Assembly (NCBI GenBank): GCA_964016885.1
Contig: OZ024747.1
Location: forward strand, 51,522,001 to 51,586,000
Source: Eledone cirrhosa
Lineage: Eukaryota
Direction: 5' to 3'
Length of the DNA: 64,000 bases
A program made the translations under genes and the position numbers. A model generated the notes under the pieces. The model was given only the letters and a program-made list of their open reading frames with translations. It was not told where the DNA came from and did no database searches. This document shows, piece by piece, positions 28,914-41,740 of the stretch. Each line of letters opens with the position of its first letter. The stretch's first letter is position 1.

Positions 28914-29631
28914 CATATGTATCAATATATACATATATATATATATATATATATTTTATACATATATATGTGTGTGTGTGTACGTATATAGATGCATATG
29001 TGCGTGAATATACATACATATGTATACACACACGTGCTCATACAGACAAAATCACACACACACACACACAGATATATATATGTATATATATATATATATA
29101 GAGAGAGAGAGACGGGGGAGTCACAACGTAAGTACAAGAAAAGGGTAGGTGAGAGAAAACTTTGAAATGGATGAGGCCATTGGGATTCATTTTGTTAGGC
29201 GCATCAGAGAACATAAAAGATATTGAGAGAGCCTCTTTGAGAATCAAAGAACATATGTGGGAGTGTACTGGGAGGAGATAGAGGTTGCTCAGGTGTTAAA
29301 AAGCAGGATATATATTTTGATCCAATTACATAATCTCAATAATTGTGAAAGACTTTCAGATGATAAGTGCAGTGCAATTTAATAATATTAAATCTGCAAA
29401 TTAATTCAGAACCTCTTGAAGCTAAGTGGAAATCAATAAGTTAGAATAACGTTGAAAAGAGTAAAGTGAATTTCTTTCTCTCTCTCTAACAAACTCTCAC
29501 TTTATCTCACTATTTCTCTCTCACTCTCTCTCTCTCTCCCACTCTCTCTCTCTCTCCACTCTCTCTCTTTATAGCACTATTTCTGTCTCTCTCTCTCTCT
29601 CACACACACAAACTCTCACTTTATCTCACTA

Positions 29632-29688
<57 letters not shown>

Positions 29689-29692
29689 TCTC

Positions 29693-29759
<67 letters not shown>

Positions 29760-30226
29760 ATATATATACGTAGATAGTTTTATATATACATATATGTTTA
29801 GGTATGAGTGAATATGTATGTTTGTGAGTAAAAGTGTACTAACACACACGCGCACACACACACATACACACACACGCATATATATATATAGAGAGAGATA
29901 TATATGAATATATATAGTGTATATATATATATATAACATATATAAAATGACATATACATATTATACATATATATTTGTATTAATACATATATATATATAT
30001 ATATATATACATATGTGTGTCTGTGTATGTGTGTGTGTGAGTGTGTGTGTGTCTGTCTGTTTCTCTGTGTGTGTGTATGTGTGTATACATAAATATATTT
30101 CTGGGAATTGTCTGGAGACATAAGCGAAGAGTAAATGAACAATAAATATCCAGTTATTGAAATATATTTAAATATAGATTTAACTAGTTTTTTATTACAC
30201 ACACGAACACACACACGTACACACAT

Positions 30227-30271
<45 letters not shown>

Positions 30272-30311
30272 TATTGCATGGATTGGCTTGGATTTATATA
30301 TATATATATAT

Positions 30312-30491
30312 AACGAAAGAAATGTGGTAAGGAACCAGATGGACCATAACGCACCAAAGTACTCAATAGTTAGGGTAGTAGAGTGGGTAATAGGAACGAG
30401 TAGGACCCCGACGGCTGATTCTGGACTGAATTAGCAGTGCAGAATTATCCATCGAAGCGGCTTCGGCTCAGCCGTCGGGGTCCTACTCGTT

Positions 30492-30495
<4 letters not shown>
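30312..30495. mobile_element. Family B fold-back insertion (internally deleted)
   Basis: Same tail and gaccccgacggctg / cagccgtcggggtc arms, in (TA)n. Confidence 0.8.
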
Positions 30496-30532
<37 letters not shown>

Positions 30533-30599
30533 AAGGTTTAGTAAATAATGAAAAAGTTTCAAAATAAATTTTAAAAAATTGACTTTACCTACTATAGTT

Positions 30600-30683
30600 A
30601 CCGTTACCGATCGGTTTCGAATCCCAAAAATAAAACGGAGACCATACGGCCTTCGTTGCAAAGAGAGATTCTCGTCAGAAGGT
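30600..30683 (-). ncRNA. Type I hammerhead ribozyme with long stem II
   Basis: acctt-CTGACGA-gaatctc...[aacg.aggcc gtat ggtct.cgtt]...gggattc-GAAA-ccgatcgg-TA^acggt. Palindromic stem III. Lies in a (TA)n-flanked insert at 30530-30962 resembling the 1-420 element. Confidence 0.82.
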
Positions 30684-31083
30684 TCTTTTCATTCAAAGAA
30701 TATAAAATTCCTGAATTTAAATCACAAACTAGCGCTATCAAAAACTGTTCCTGGGATGAGAGTGGATGATGTAGAACAGGTTTATCAAGGGCCGTAGCAA
30801 AGATAGAGGCAAAAGGAGGTAGGTCAAACTAGCCACCGCTGTTGCCAGCAGCAGTCGGAATGACCCGGTTTGTTCTCAACGTTTGTGGAGGTAGTAGTAA
30901 TATGAAATACGTCCCTTCACGCACAAGGCGCCAAGGTACGCATGTATTGTCCAACCAAGTGCCATATATATATATATATATTGTTATACTTTGGGAGTAT
31001 AACAATATCGGTTTCAACACACGATTTCAGATAAAGAATCTTGCTAAACAAATTCAGAAACGAAATATATATATATATATATA

Positions 31084-31557
31084 TACAATATTAAATAAAT
31101 GGAAAACTATATTTATAAAATCATATTTATTTCATTATATATATTTCGGGGATATCATATTAACAATATGCTATGCCTTCATCAGACAAAATACAATATA
31201 AACAGTTTTATAGATAAATAGATTCGACATACCGTAATAACACCGACTTCATTTGAAGAGGTTTACGCTGGCAGTGACTGCCAGCGTAAACCTCTTCAAA
31301 TGAAGTCGGTGTTATTACGGTATGTCGAATCTATTTATCTATAAAACTGTTTATATTGTATTTTGTCTGATGAAGGCATAGCATATTGTTAATATGATAT
31401 CCCCTAAATATATATAATGAAATAAATATGGTTTTATAAATATAGTTTTCCATTTATTTAATATTGTAAATATACTCCAAATATTTGTCGAGTGCTTTTA
31501 TATCAGTTATAAATATTTACTAGTTGTAACCCAACAATTTTAAATATAACTTTACAT
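31084..31557. mobile_element. Family A fold-back insertion: 385-bp near-perfect palindrome plus tail
   Basis: Palindrome 31084-31468 centred on 31276. HHRs at 31128-31193 (minus, GAAA intact) and 31359-31424 (plus, GAAA to TAAA). Tail 31469-31557 matches the reverse complement of 619-705. Confidence 0.9.
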
Positions 31558-31866
31558 GTATATATATATATATACGTATGGATTGTATTGGATTTTTCGT
31601 TGATGTAGTATTAATGTGGCAACATGCCTCTGGTCCCATTTTTCATTGTGTCACTATTACCTAGTTTATTGTCTTTACTCTGAGGAGTAATTTATTGACT
31701 AATCTCTCATTGAGTGCTTTGTGACAGCCTTCGAAAGTCGAATGCGAATCTGCTACTCGCAGCTGCAACTTCGGTTATACTCATTATGTATCTATCTATC
31801 TATCTATCTATCTATATATATATATCCATCTATCTACCCCCCTCTCTATCTCTATATATATATATA

Positions 31867-32068
31867 ACGAAGGAAATGTGGTAAGGAACCAGGTGGACCA
31901 TAACGCACCAAAGTACTCAATAGTTAGGGTAGTAGAGTGGGTAATAGGAACAAGTAAGACCCCGACGGCTGAGCTCAAGCCGTTTCGACGGCTAATTCTG
32001 GACTCATTAGTCCAGAATTAGCCGTCGAAACGGCTTGAGCTCAGCCGTCGTGGTCTTACTTGTTCCTA
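31867..32068. mobile_element. Family B fold-back insertion
   Basis: Arms meet at ctggactcattagtccag; (TA)n flanks. Confidence 0.85.
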
Positions 32069-32110
32069 TATATATATATATATATATATTTATTTATTTA
32101 TTTATTTTGA

Positions 32111-32170
32111 AAACCTGATGATGTCACCGGATTTAAACTTAACCCGGTCATTGAAATGATCATAGTATAA
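32111..32170 (+). ncRNA. Hammerhead-like motif with palindromic stem III
   Basis: CTGATGA-tgt c accgg..ccggt c att-GAAA-tgatca-TA^gtat. Stem I is weak. Confidence 0.65.
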
Positions 32171-32296
32171 TAAACCTTTTAAGAAATCACACCAGTCCAG
32201 CCTCCTGTTATTTTATAATATATATATATACATATATATATCCAGTATATATCCAGTATATATCCAGCATATATAACCGAACATTATTCAGTATCC

Positions 32297-32485
32297 AGGG
32301 CGGTGAATTGGCAGTATCGGTAGAGGGTTGGACGCCATGCTTTCTAGCATAGTTACGTCCCTTTACAGTCTGAGTTCAAATCAGGCCGAGGTTAACTTTG
32401 CCTTTCATCCTTACGGGGTCGATAAAATAATGTACCAGTAATGTACTGGATAATTGCTGGCCTTGTGCCTAAAATAGGAACAATT
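32297..32485 (+). mobile_element. SINE family 1
   Basis: Full head-to-tail copy flanked by the repeat attattcagt. Confidence 0.85.
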
Positions 32486-33055
32486 ATTCAGTTACACTGA
32501 GTATGAAGCAACTCAGACCTGTATGGGAGCCTCCCAAAAGTCAGTTTGAAAGTAACACAGAGGAGGCTGGGGTTAGCTGGACATTCTCACCGACATTTAG
32601 AGTTGACACTGCATTCAGTGGCCCTGTTGGAGCCCCTACACGGACACACTAGAAGAGGGTGACCGAGGTTGACATATATATTAACCCCCTAAGGACAAAA
32701 CACTGGTCTCTGGGGGACGCATGATATGGCGGTGATGATGAAGGACAGAGACCACTAGAGAGAACTCGTCCAGGGATCTCTGGAATTTTACCCGCCCTAG
32801 ATAGAAAGATATATATATATAACTCCAATCCAATCCAATACGGGGCTGTTCACTGTTGTTGGAGGAACCCATCCCTGATTGACTTCCACCGCTTTCTGTT
32901 TGGTTTTTCTCATGTCAGAGGTGTAGCCATATTCATCATTAATCACCTACTATATAATTGAAAACAATTAACAGTGTTATGTCTCTATTAATGCGTGCAT
33001 AGAATTTCCTATGTCCACGTATATATGCAGATTTATCAACTATGTATATATATAT

Positions 33056-33130
<75 letters not shown>

Positions 33131-33133
<3 letters not shown>

Positions 33134-33553
33134 AACCAGTAAGACCCCGACAGCTGAGCTCAAGCCGTTTCGACGGCTAATTCTGGACTAAATGAAAATT
33201 TATCCTGGTATTTAAATAGCCGATCTTCTCAAGGGGTAATTCCATATATGGTCAAAGTGATTGTCAAAAGTCAGTAGTAATTCTGTGGTTGCAAATTAGT
33301 AGGGGAGATGGTGGCTAAACCTGTCAGTAGGAGAAAGAGGGGAGGGGGTGGAGTAGACCCAATCAAGCGTTGGTAGTGCCAGCTACAGCTGGGCATGAGG
33401 GACCAAATTTTCATTTAGTCCAGAATTAGCCGTCGAAACGGCTTGAGCTCAGCTGTCGGGGTCTTACTGGTTCCTATTACCCACTCTACTACCTCAAGTA
33501 TTGAGTACTTTGGTGCGTTATGGTCCACCTGGTTCCTTACCACATTTCCTTCG

Positions 33554-33555
<2 letters not shown>
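33131..33555. mobile_element. Family B fold-back insertion retaining the complete ribozyme in the left arm
   Basis: Left (minus) arm runs from 33131 to about 33400; right (plus) arm is 33406-33555 with tail; (TA)n flanks. Confidence 0.88.
33143..33237 (-). ncRNA. Type I hammerhead ribozyme with variant UUGAGAA (U3:A8) core, family B
   Basis: acccc-TTGAGAA-ga(t)cggcta...tagccgtc-GAAA-cggct tgagctc agctg-TC^ggggt. All three stems pair and the cleavage triplet is GUC. Confidence 0.78.
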
Positions 33556-33604
<49 letters not shown>

Positions 33605-33689
33605 AAACTTGGACGGGAACAAAAACAGATAGGCAGACAAATAAAGGTTTATTAGGTTCACGCTCTCGAGAGTGGGGGGGGGGGGAGCG

Positions 33690-33717
33690 GACGTTTCGGA
33701 CATAAGCCTTTCTTCAG
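33690..33717 (-). ncRNA. Degenerate minimal HHR core
   Basis: CTGAAGA-a-aggc ttat gtcc-GAAA-cg-TC; stem I is not convincing. Confidence 0.5.
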
Positions 33718-34086
33718 GAGAAAATTGGGTAGGAAGAGAGTTCCAAGGGTGTGTAGAGGAGGGGTGGAAAGATATTTAGAACATATATATATGGTATTCG
33801 TTTGACTCTCTGCTCTCTGAGTTCAAATCCTTCCGAGGTCAACTTTGTGTTTCATCATTTCGAGGTCGATAAAAAAAGTACCAGTCAAGTACTGGAGTGG
33901 ATTCTTGCTCTGTGTCTCTTTCTCATTGCCTCTCTGTTCCTCTCTATCTTTCTTTGGAAGAAATCTGCGGTACTCAGGTCTGGAGAGGGATGGGCTCCGC
34001 CGGGCTTAAAATGCCATAGAAACGCCGTATGTTAATACGGCGCCCCTACGACTCTCTCGGTCTCTGTGTATATATATATATATACG

Positions 34087-34274
34087 TTATTCCGGGTTGA
34101 ATCGGAGGTAATCACAGTAAGTAAGGTACTCAATACATAGCAGAGTATAAAAGTTTTAATATAGATGAGATTCTACAGGACTAGAACTGTTTCATTCATT
34201 AGAAATCATCAGGATTCCTGATGATTTCTAATGAATGAAACAGTTCTAGTCCTGTAGAATCTCATCTATATTAA

Positions 34275-34278
<4 letters not shown>
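34087..34278. mobile_element. Family C fold-back insertion (127-bp palindrome plus tail)
   Basis: 34152-34278 palindrome centred in caggattcctg; (TA)n flanks. Confidence 0.88.
34213..34261 (+). ncRNA. Minimal type I hammerhead ribozyme, family C
   Basis: gattc-CTGATGA-tttc taat gaat-GAAA-cag ttctagtc ctg-TA^gaatc. Confidence 0.8.
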
Positions 34279-34331
<53 letters not shown>

Positions 34332-34339
34332 ATATATAT

Positions 34340-34399
34340 GTCCAGGAATAACCGTCGAAACGGCTTGAGCTCTGCCGTCGGGGTCATACTTTTTCCTAT
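34340..34399 (+). mobile_element. Solo short arm of family B
   Basis: gtccaggaataaccgtcGAAAcggcttgagctctgccgTCggggtcatactttttcctat. Confidence 0.75.
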
Positions 34400-34400
34400 T

Positions 34401-34432
<32 letters not shown>

Positions 34433-35068
34433 CGTGTCTTATATATGTGTGTGTGTTTGTATCTGTGTGGGTGCGCGCGTGTATGTCAAGTATCCAGTAG
34501 ACACTGCAGAGAACGATATGCTGTCGATTTGTTTAAAACGATTTTGGATAGTAATCCAATTGACTAAAGCCATCTCTCCTGGTACCTTGTAGCTATATTG
34601 AAATATATATATCATACTGTGGTGATAAGAATATCTCGGGAGACCTGGACAGCAGAAAGTCTTCAGAAACCCCGTGCTCAAGCAAGTGTTCCGGCCCTTA
34701 TCTCTTTACACTCTAAGGGGCTGGACTACATCCAGGGGATATCTCCTGAGTGCCCTTCTATAAAACAAATCAACTTGCATGCATGCTTTTACGCACCATT
34801 TGCCATGGGCATTGTTCCTTCCTATTCTCGCTAACGTATATATATAAACATTACTTACATGAAGGGAAGTTAATGTCTACAAAGGATACCATTAGCTGTT
34901 CCCCTCGTCAATACTTTCACCATCGTGATACCTCTGTAATTCTTATGCCCTTACCCGTACATTTCTTACACAACTGGATCACACTTGACTGAGGTCAACA
35001 ACAACATCAGCTACAAATACAACCTAAGCTTATATCATGCAACATTTAATAAGAATATACGGTGCGGA

Positions 35069-35369
35069 CTGGGCCGGATTTAAAGGGGGCAAAAGATGGC
35101 AATTGCTCCTGAGCCACAGTAGTATGGGGGCCCCACCTGTGACGGCCGTAGCAATTTGTTTGTGCCATCAGCTGCGAGTTTTAGTTTTAAGATGGGTAGA
35201 ATTGTTGAATGTAATACCTCTATGATTAACTTTTCAAATCCAATAACTTGTGCCATGCTAAGTTTTGATATGTATAATTGGGGTTTTTCTGTGTATTCTA
35301 ATTTTTTGAGTATGAGAGACCCCCAAACCTCAAGTGCCCCGGACACCCCAAGGTCTAAATCCAACCCTG
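35069..35369 (+). mobile_element. hAT-like MITE
   Basis: TIR ctgggccggattta/taaatccaaccctg; 8-bp TSD ggtgcgga/ggtgcggg. Confidence 0.82.
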
Positions 35370-35974
35370 GGTGCGGGGGTGATAGATTGATTGGAGAGAA
35401 ATGTAAAGTGTCTTACGGTATGTATTCCGGTTTTTATAGCCCTCTGTGTTCAAATCCCACCGACATGATCATAGATTAGTTTCGATAAATAAAGTACCAA
35501 TCTAAAATGTCTGATTGGTTTAATTGTTAACGTTTCGATCGAGATGTGTTGCGGTATCGATCCTGGTTATATCTGATCCTGGTTATATTAGAGAACTAAT
35601 ACCTACCTGAACAAATACCTCTAGACAACAACAACAGTAACAACACCATCTACTACCATCAACTTCAAAAGTACACACATGAACAATAATCCCAAAGCCT
35701 ACTCAGCACCAATAACACCACACCCATCACTGCCAACATATCCATCACCAACTCTACCACAAACAATCCTACCTTATCTACCACTAACAGAAGCACCCAC
35801 CTCCTCCGTGACACCTCCAGCAGTCACCCTCATTAACCTAACACACAATCGTTTCATACATTGACGAAGATATAAAAGATAATCTACTGCAACGTGAGTT
35901 CAGTACATACTAGGTTTTATCACTTTAGAAGTTTATAAGTTTGAATCACAGAAGAAATGATTTATATATATATA

Positions 35975-36222
35975 ACTTTCTTTTTATTTGCCACCAGGGC
36001 ATCAACAGTGGGACAAGTACAATGGGGGGGGGGGGTTTACATGACAAGGCGTCCTCAATATGGAGGAGGCAATAACAAAGTATAAAAATAAAATACAATA
36101 TAACAAAATAAATTTTATAACAAAATCCTCCATAGGGAGGAGGCGCCTTGGGGGGTCGCACACACCCCCGAAAAAAAGTGTGCAACCCTTCTCCTCAGGA
36201 GCACAGAGAGGGGGTGCTCCCT
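35975..36222 (-). mobile_element. 3'-UTR fragment of the Tx1-like LINE family
   Basis: Reverse complement matches LINE 3' ends at 45500-45680 and 49150-49350 (ggcgcctcc.cc.tat, ttgtccc, gtggcaaataaa.agaaa). Confidence 0.7.
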
Positions 36223-36408
36223 TATATATATATATATATATATATACGGAGTAACAGATTATTGTTATAGGTAGTCCACTTAAGTGTAGACCAGTTATGG
36301 TACTCCGAGTAGTGGATGATATCAACGCTTGGCTAAGTTTGACTCAACAAGGCGTTTCCATAGTGATGCTGCGAGTACGCTGTAATTTCTATGATGTAAA
36401 CACTTGGA

Positions 36409-36458
<50 letters not shown>

Positions 36459-36460
<2 letters not shown>

Positions 36461-36654
36461 CGAAGGAAATGTGGTAAGGAACCAGGTGGACCATAACGCA
36501 CCAAAGTACTCAATACTTAGGGTAGTAGAGTGGGTAATAGGAACAAGTAAGACCCCGACGGCTGAGCTCAAGCCGTTTCGACGGCTAATTCTGGAGTCCA
36601 GAATTAGCCGTCGAAACGACTTGAGCTCAACTGTCGGGGTCTTACTTGTTCCTA
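36459..36654. mobile_element. Family B fold-back insertion
   Basis: Arms meet at ctggagtccag; (TA)n flanks. Confidence 0.85.
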
Positions 36655-36658
36655 TATA

Positions 36659-36693
<35 letters not shown>

Positions 36694-36697
36694 TTAT

Positions 36698-36750
<53 letters not shown>

Positions 36751-37214
36751 ATCATATATATACACTCATATACATCGTATGGGTAAGAACTGCTGCTGTG
36801 TCATTTATTATTGCCTAAGTCGACGACAACGGTGTCGATGAGGAGAACAAGTCTGACAACGTTACGCACCCCAAACCTTTACGCCACTTAACACACCATT
36901 CATTGATTTGTATTTGCCTGAGTGTATATAAATATTAAATCGACATTGTCCTCAATAGCTTTGAAATTTGTCATACACTTTTTAATCATTTCTGCATACT
37001 TTGAAATCTACTGAAGCATCGCCAAAAACCTATTTTATCGCTCTTAATAATTATGTGTAACATTCGATATATATATATATATATTCATGTGAATATAAAA
37101 ATAATAAAATACCATATATATATATATATATATAATTATATATATATAACTATATATATAGCTATGTTATAGCATAGGTTTATATTCATACACACACAAG
37201 CACACAAATACACA

Positions 37215-37296
<82 letters not shown>

Positions 37297-37297
<1 letters not shown>

Positions 37298-37463
37298 CAA
37301 AGGAATTGTGGTAAGGAACCAGATGGACCATAACGCACGAGAGTACTCAATACTTAGGGTAGTAGAGTGGAAAATAGGAAAAAGTATGACCCCCGACGCC
37401 AGAGCTGGACTCAGAAATAGCCGTCGAAACGGCTTGAGCTCTGCCGTCGGGGTCATACTTTTT

Positions 37464-37498
<35 letters not shown>

Positions 37499-37730
37499 AG
37501 GAACCAGTAAGACCCCGACGGCTGAGCTCAAGCCGTTTCGACGGCTATTTCTGAGTCCAGCTCTGGCGTTGGGGGGTCATACTTTTTCCTATTTCCAGAA
37601 TTAGCCGTCGAAACGGCTTGAGCTCAGCCGTCGGGGTCTTACTGGTTCCTATTACCCACTCTACTACCCTAAGTATTGAGTACTTTGGTGCGTTATGGTC
37701 CACCTGGTTCCTTACCACATTTCCTTCGTT
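37297..37730. mobile_element. Two adjacent family B insertions, the second with extra inverted segments
   Basis: 37297-37468 and 37499-37730 are separated by (TA)n and mix two subfamilies (ttacttgttcc/ttactggttcc versus catactttttcc). Confidence 0.8.
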
Positions 37731-38131
37731 ATATATATATATATATATATATATGTGGGTATATTCAAATATGAAATGCATACATACATGAACGAATGTG
37801 TATGTGTTTAGAAATTTATCTTTACCATGAGCTTCAATACCTGTATATATATATATGTATATTCAATATTAATGTATACACACGCACACACAGTCATACG
37901 CACACATATATATGTATATATATGTGTTAATACACATATATATGTGTGTATAGACTTCCGTATTTCTGTCTATTTGTGATCATAGATGGGTGCCTGCGTG
38001 GATGGGGTGTTTCTTTTTATCTTTCTTCCCATACATCTTGTCTAATAATGAAAGAAACAGATTTATAGCAATCTTTCTCATTACTCGAAGTTCAACAACA
38101 TTAACAACACGTTAGAGTGAGTATATATACA

Positions 38132-38210
<79 letters not shown>

Positions 38211-38316
38211 CTATGTATATATATACATTTATATACATATATATGTATATATATATATTTATATACATATATATGTATATATGTATATATATATATGTTT
38301 TTGTATGTAATTATAT

Positions 38317-38430
<114 letters not shown>

Positions 38431-38734
38431 GTATATATATATATATATATTGGTTTTAGTGCAACAAATTACATACACCTCAGACTACACCCACCTGTTG
38501 TATACTAGTTTACCTACCTACATACTTAGTAACATACCTACATACATATCTACTTCTCCACCTTCACTCTCACCCCCTTCCCTACCTACCTAACCTACCA
38601 AACTACCTATCTACATTCCTGTTGACGTATATGTGTACCTATCAACCTACATATGGACTTATTTTATAAATCGATCTCTATCTCTATTTTTATATTAAAT
38701 GATGTATAAATATACACGTGTATATACACTTATT

Positions 38735-38960
38735 GAGGTGTTGGACTTACGATCATAATATCGTGGGTTCGTTTCCTGGGCCGGGTTGCGTGTTGTGTTC
38801 TTGAGCAAAACTCTTCGTTTCACGTTGCTCCAGTATATCCAGCAATTGCTGGCGGTTTAACCTTGCTATGGACTGGCGTCCTGTCCAGGAAGTAGTCTTA
38901 TACTCTCACTCGTTTCCTGCCATGGATCTGCAGCGATGAAATTCTGAGCTCGAAAGAGAC
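38735..38960 (+). mobile_element. SINE family 2-related copy
   Basis: tRNA-like head cttacgatcat..tcgtgggttcg followed by gtgttgtgttcttgagcaaaactct..tttcacgttgctccagt. Confidence 0.6.
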
Positions 38961-39063
38961 TTTAGACTTTAGAGAGATATTTATACAACTTCTACAGCCC
39001 TCAATATTTACACAACGACCGTCAATTAGCAGGCTGGGTAAAACGTTGGATTAAATAGCTGGC

Positions 39064-39255
39064 ATTGGTGGATTAGTAGTATCCGTAGAGAGTCGGACGC
39101 CATGCTTTGCAGCGTAGAATTACGGCCCTTTATGATCTGAGTTCAAATCCCACCGAGGTTAACTTTGCCTTTCATCCTTATGGTGTCGATAAAATAAAGT
39201 ACCAGTAATACCCTGGAATAATTGCTGGCCTTATGCCAAAAGTAGAAACAATTAT
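39064..39255 (+). mobile_element. SINE family 1, followed by a degenerate partial copy to ~39400
   Basis: B box gagttcaaatcc plus the central domain and 3' tail. Confidence 0.82.
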
Positions 39256-39418
39256 TCGTTACGACTCTCTAAGTTCCGTGTTCAAGCTGAACCGAGTTCA
39301 GCTTTGCCTTTCATCTTTTCGTGAATTCAATAAATAAAGTCTGAGCCCCGAGAATTATATTGACGGTCTGGTTAGAGTACCTGGGTGATAACTTGCAGTA
39401 TCTTTGTTCCTTTTCACA

Positions 39419-39569
<151 letters not shown>

Positions 39570-40148
39570 GGTGTGTATACATCCATATACACACACACAA
39601 ATATATATATATATATCACCTTGATCACCTTGAACGGCCATTCGGCGCCGCTGGTCACAGCACGTTGCTGTTTTATCCCACTGGCTGGGCGAGCAGACCG
39701 TAAGTCTAAAGTCTGTTTACGCCGTACAGTGTTTAGGCAACCACGTCACCTTTTTGTTCAACACTGACACATGAACGATGTACTAGTTTCAAGCTTATTA
39801 GCTTTCCTTATGCATATTAACGGCTGAGCAGCCTAATTTGCATATCGAGTGAGTTCAGTCGGCCGGGCTCACCGAAAACGATAAATGGAATAGAATGAAA
39901 CGAAATTTCATTGTATTGGTTAGTATTCAGTTTTGGTTTTAAGTTTTACCGGTTGCGCATTTCTAAATGCTTTTCAAAAATAATTTTGAGATAGAGCGTC
40001 CGTGATGTTTGCTCTGATCAGAGCAAACATACAATTACTAATTCTCATTTATTCCTAATTAAACTATTTTTCACTGTGAACAATTTGTCAGCATTTTCTA
40101 TTCCGTTTACCAATATATAATAACTTGAGTGTTACACCTCTATTCTTT

Positions 40149-40201
<53 letters not shown>

Positions 40202-40292
40202 GTAAAAAAACAATAAAAAAACAGTAGAAAATCCTATAGGGATTTTCTTTCAGAATAACAGCGAATCATTTATTAACAAAATATGATTTCCC

Positions 40293-40338
40293 CCGTTATT
40301 TGTACCGGTTTCAGCTTGTAGGCTTCATCATGCGACGG
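40293..40338 (-). ncRNA. Degenerate minimal HHR near a (TA)n junction
   Basis: (a)TGATGA-agc ctacaa gct-GAAA-ccgg-TA^caaataacgg; C3 is mutated and stem I is disrupted. Confidence 0.5.
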
Positions 40339-40827
40339 AAGTGTATAATGCAATTACATTGCCAGAAACATTACATCTGCTGCTGATATAAGCACTAATA
40401 TCTCATCTGCTACCACAGCCCTTTATTATTTTGGTACATTCACGTATGTATGTATATATGTATGTATGTGTGTACGTATATATGTGTGTATGTATGTATT
40501 ATGTATGTATGTGAGTATGTATATATGTATGTACATATGTATGTATATAGGTACGTATGTATGTATATGTGATGTATGGATATATGTATGTATAATTTAT
40601 GTATATTTGTATGTATGATGCATATATATATGTATATATGTATATATGTATATATATGTATGTATATATGTATGTATGATGTACATATGTATATATGTAT
40701 ATATATATATGTATATGTATGTATGTATGAATTGATGGATGGATTGATTATATGCATGCGCACGTGCGGATGTGTGAGAAAGTGAGAGAGAAATCGAAAC
40801 CGAAATACAGAGAAAGAGAACTAGAGA

Positions 40828-40910
<83 letters not shown>

Positions 40911-41454
40911 CAGTTTCTCAATATTTGTAAAACATGAAAGGATTTGTGATATATTGAATCGCCCCAAAAGTCGAAGAAAATCATAAGCTAAAAACCATTA
41001 TGGAATAAACAGGAAACAAATTGACTTCACGAAAAATTATGAAAGATTTCTTTGAATCGATAACATAAAAAATGTCAAAAACTAATTGTAACCATGAACT
41101 GCACAAAGAATATGGTTGGAGTGAGCTGTAGAATATTTCACAAGATCGTCATTCATAACTGTCTTTGTGCTAATAAAGATGCAGAAATTAAGCTTAGTTT
41201 AGATTCTTAAGCACCTTGTAGACAATAACGGACACAGTTTTCATTGATTTCAATGCTACTATATATTAATCTCCTTTCAAGAACTCCATACTCAGTTTCA
41301 TGTTTTAAGAGATGTATCATTATCCCGAATGAAACATAGCAACTCGGTCTAACACAACAGATGTAGACTTTTTGTCCTACTTCTTATAAATTTACAACTC
41401 TATATAGGATGTTCCCGAAATAAAACTACATTGTACAAAAGTAAAGAAGTGTTG

Positions 41455-41740
41455 CTTGGTTGCTTGGATATTTAGCTGAAGGTCATAAGATCGTGAGTTT
41501 GGTTCTCAGTGGCATGTTGTGTTCGTTAGAAAGGCACTTCATATTTCGTTGTCCAGTCCACTCAGCAGGGAAAACATGTTTTGTACTTGGAATTCAAATT
41601 GTCTGCATCTCCCTGAGAGCTGTGTTAATTCTACAAGTGTATGTGTAATGTGCAGCATCTTGCACCTTAATTTAGGGAGCAGGTTCTTACGTTGATTGAA
41701 TCAACTGGAACACACAACGTTAAAACCGACGGAGGCCCAA
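41455..41740 (+). mobile_element. SINE family 2 (old copy)
   Basis: tcataagatcgtgagttt...tccagtccactcagc...tctccctgaga...tcaactggaacac. Confidence 0.6.

Noticed and set aside
31680-31760. CTGAGGA...GAAA spacing
   Set aside because: Stems I and II do not pair.
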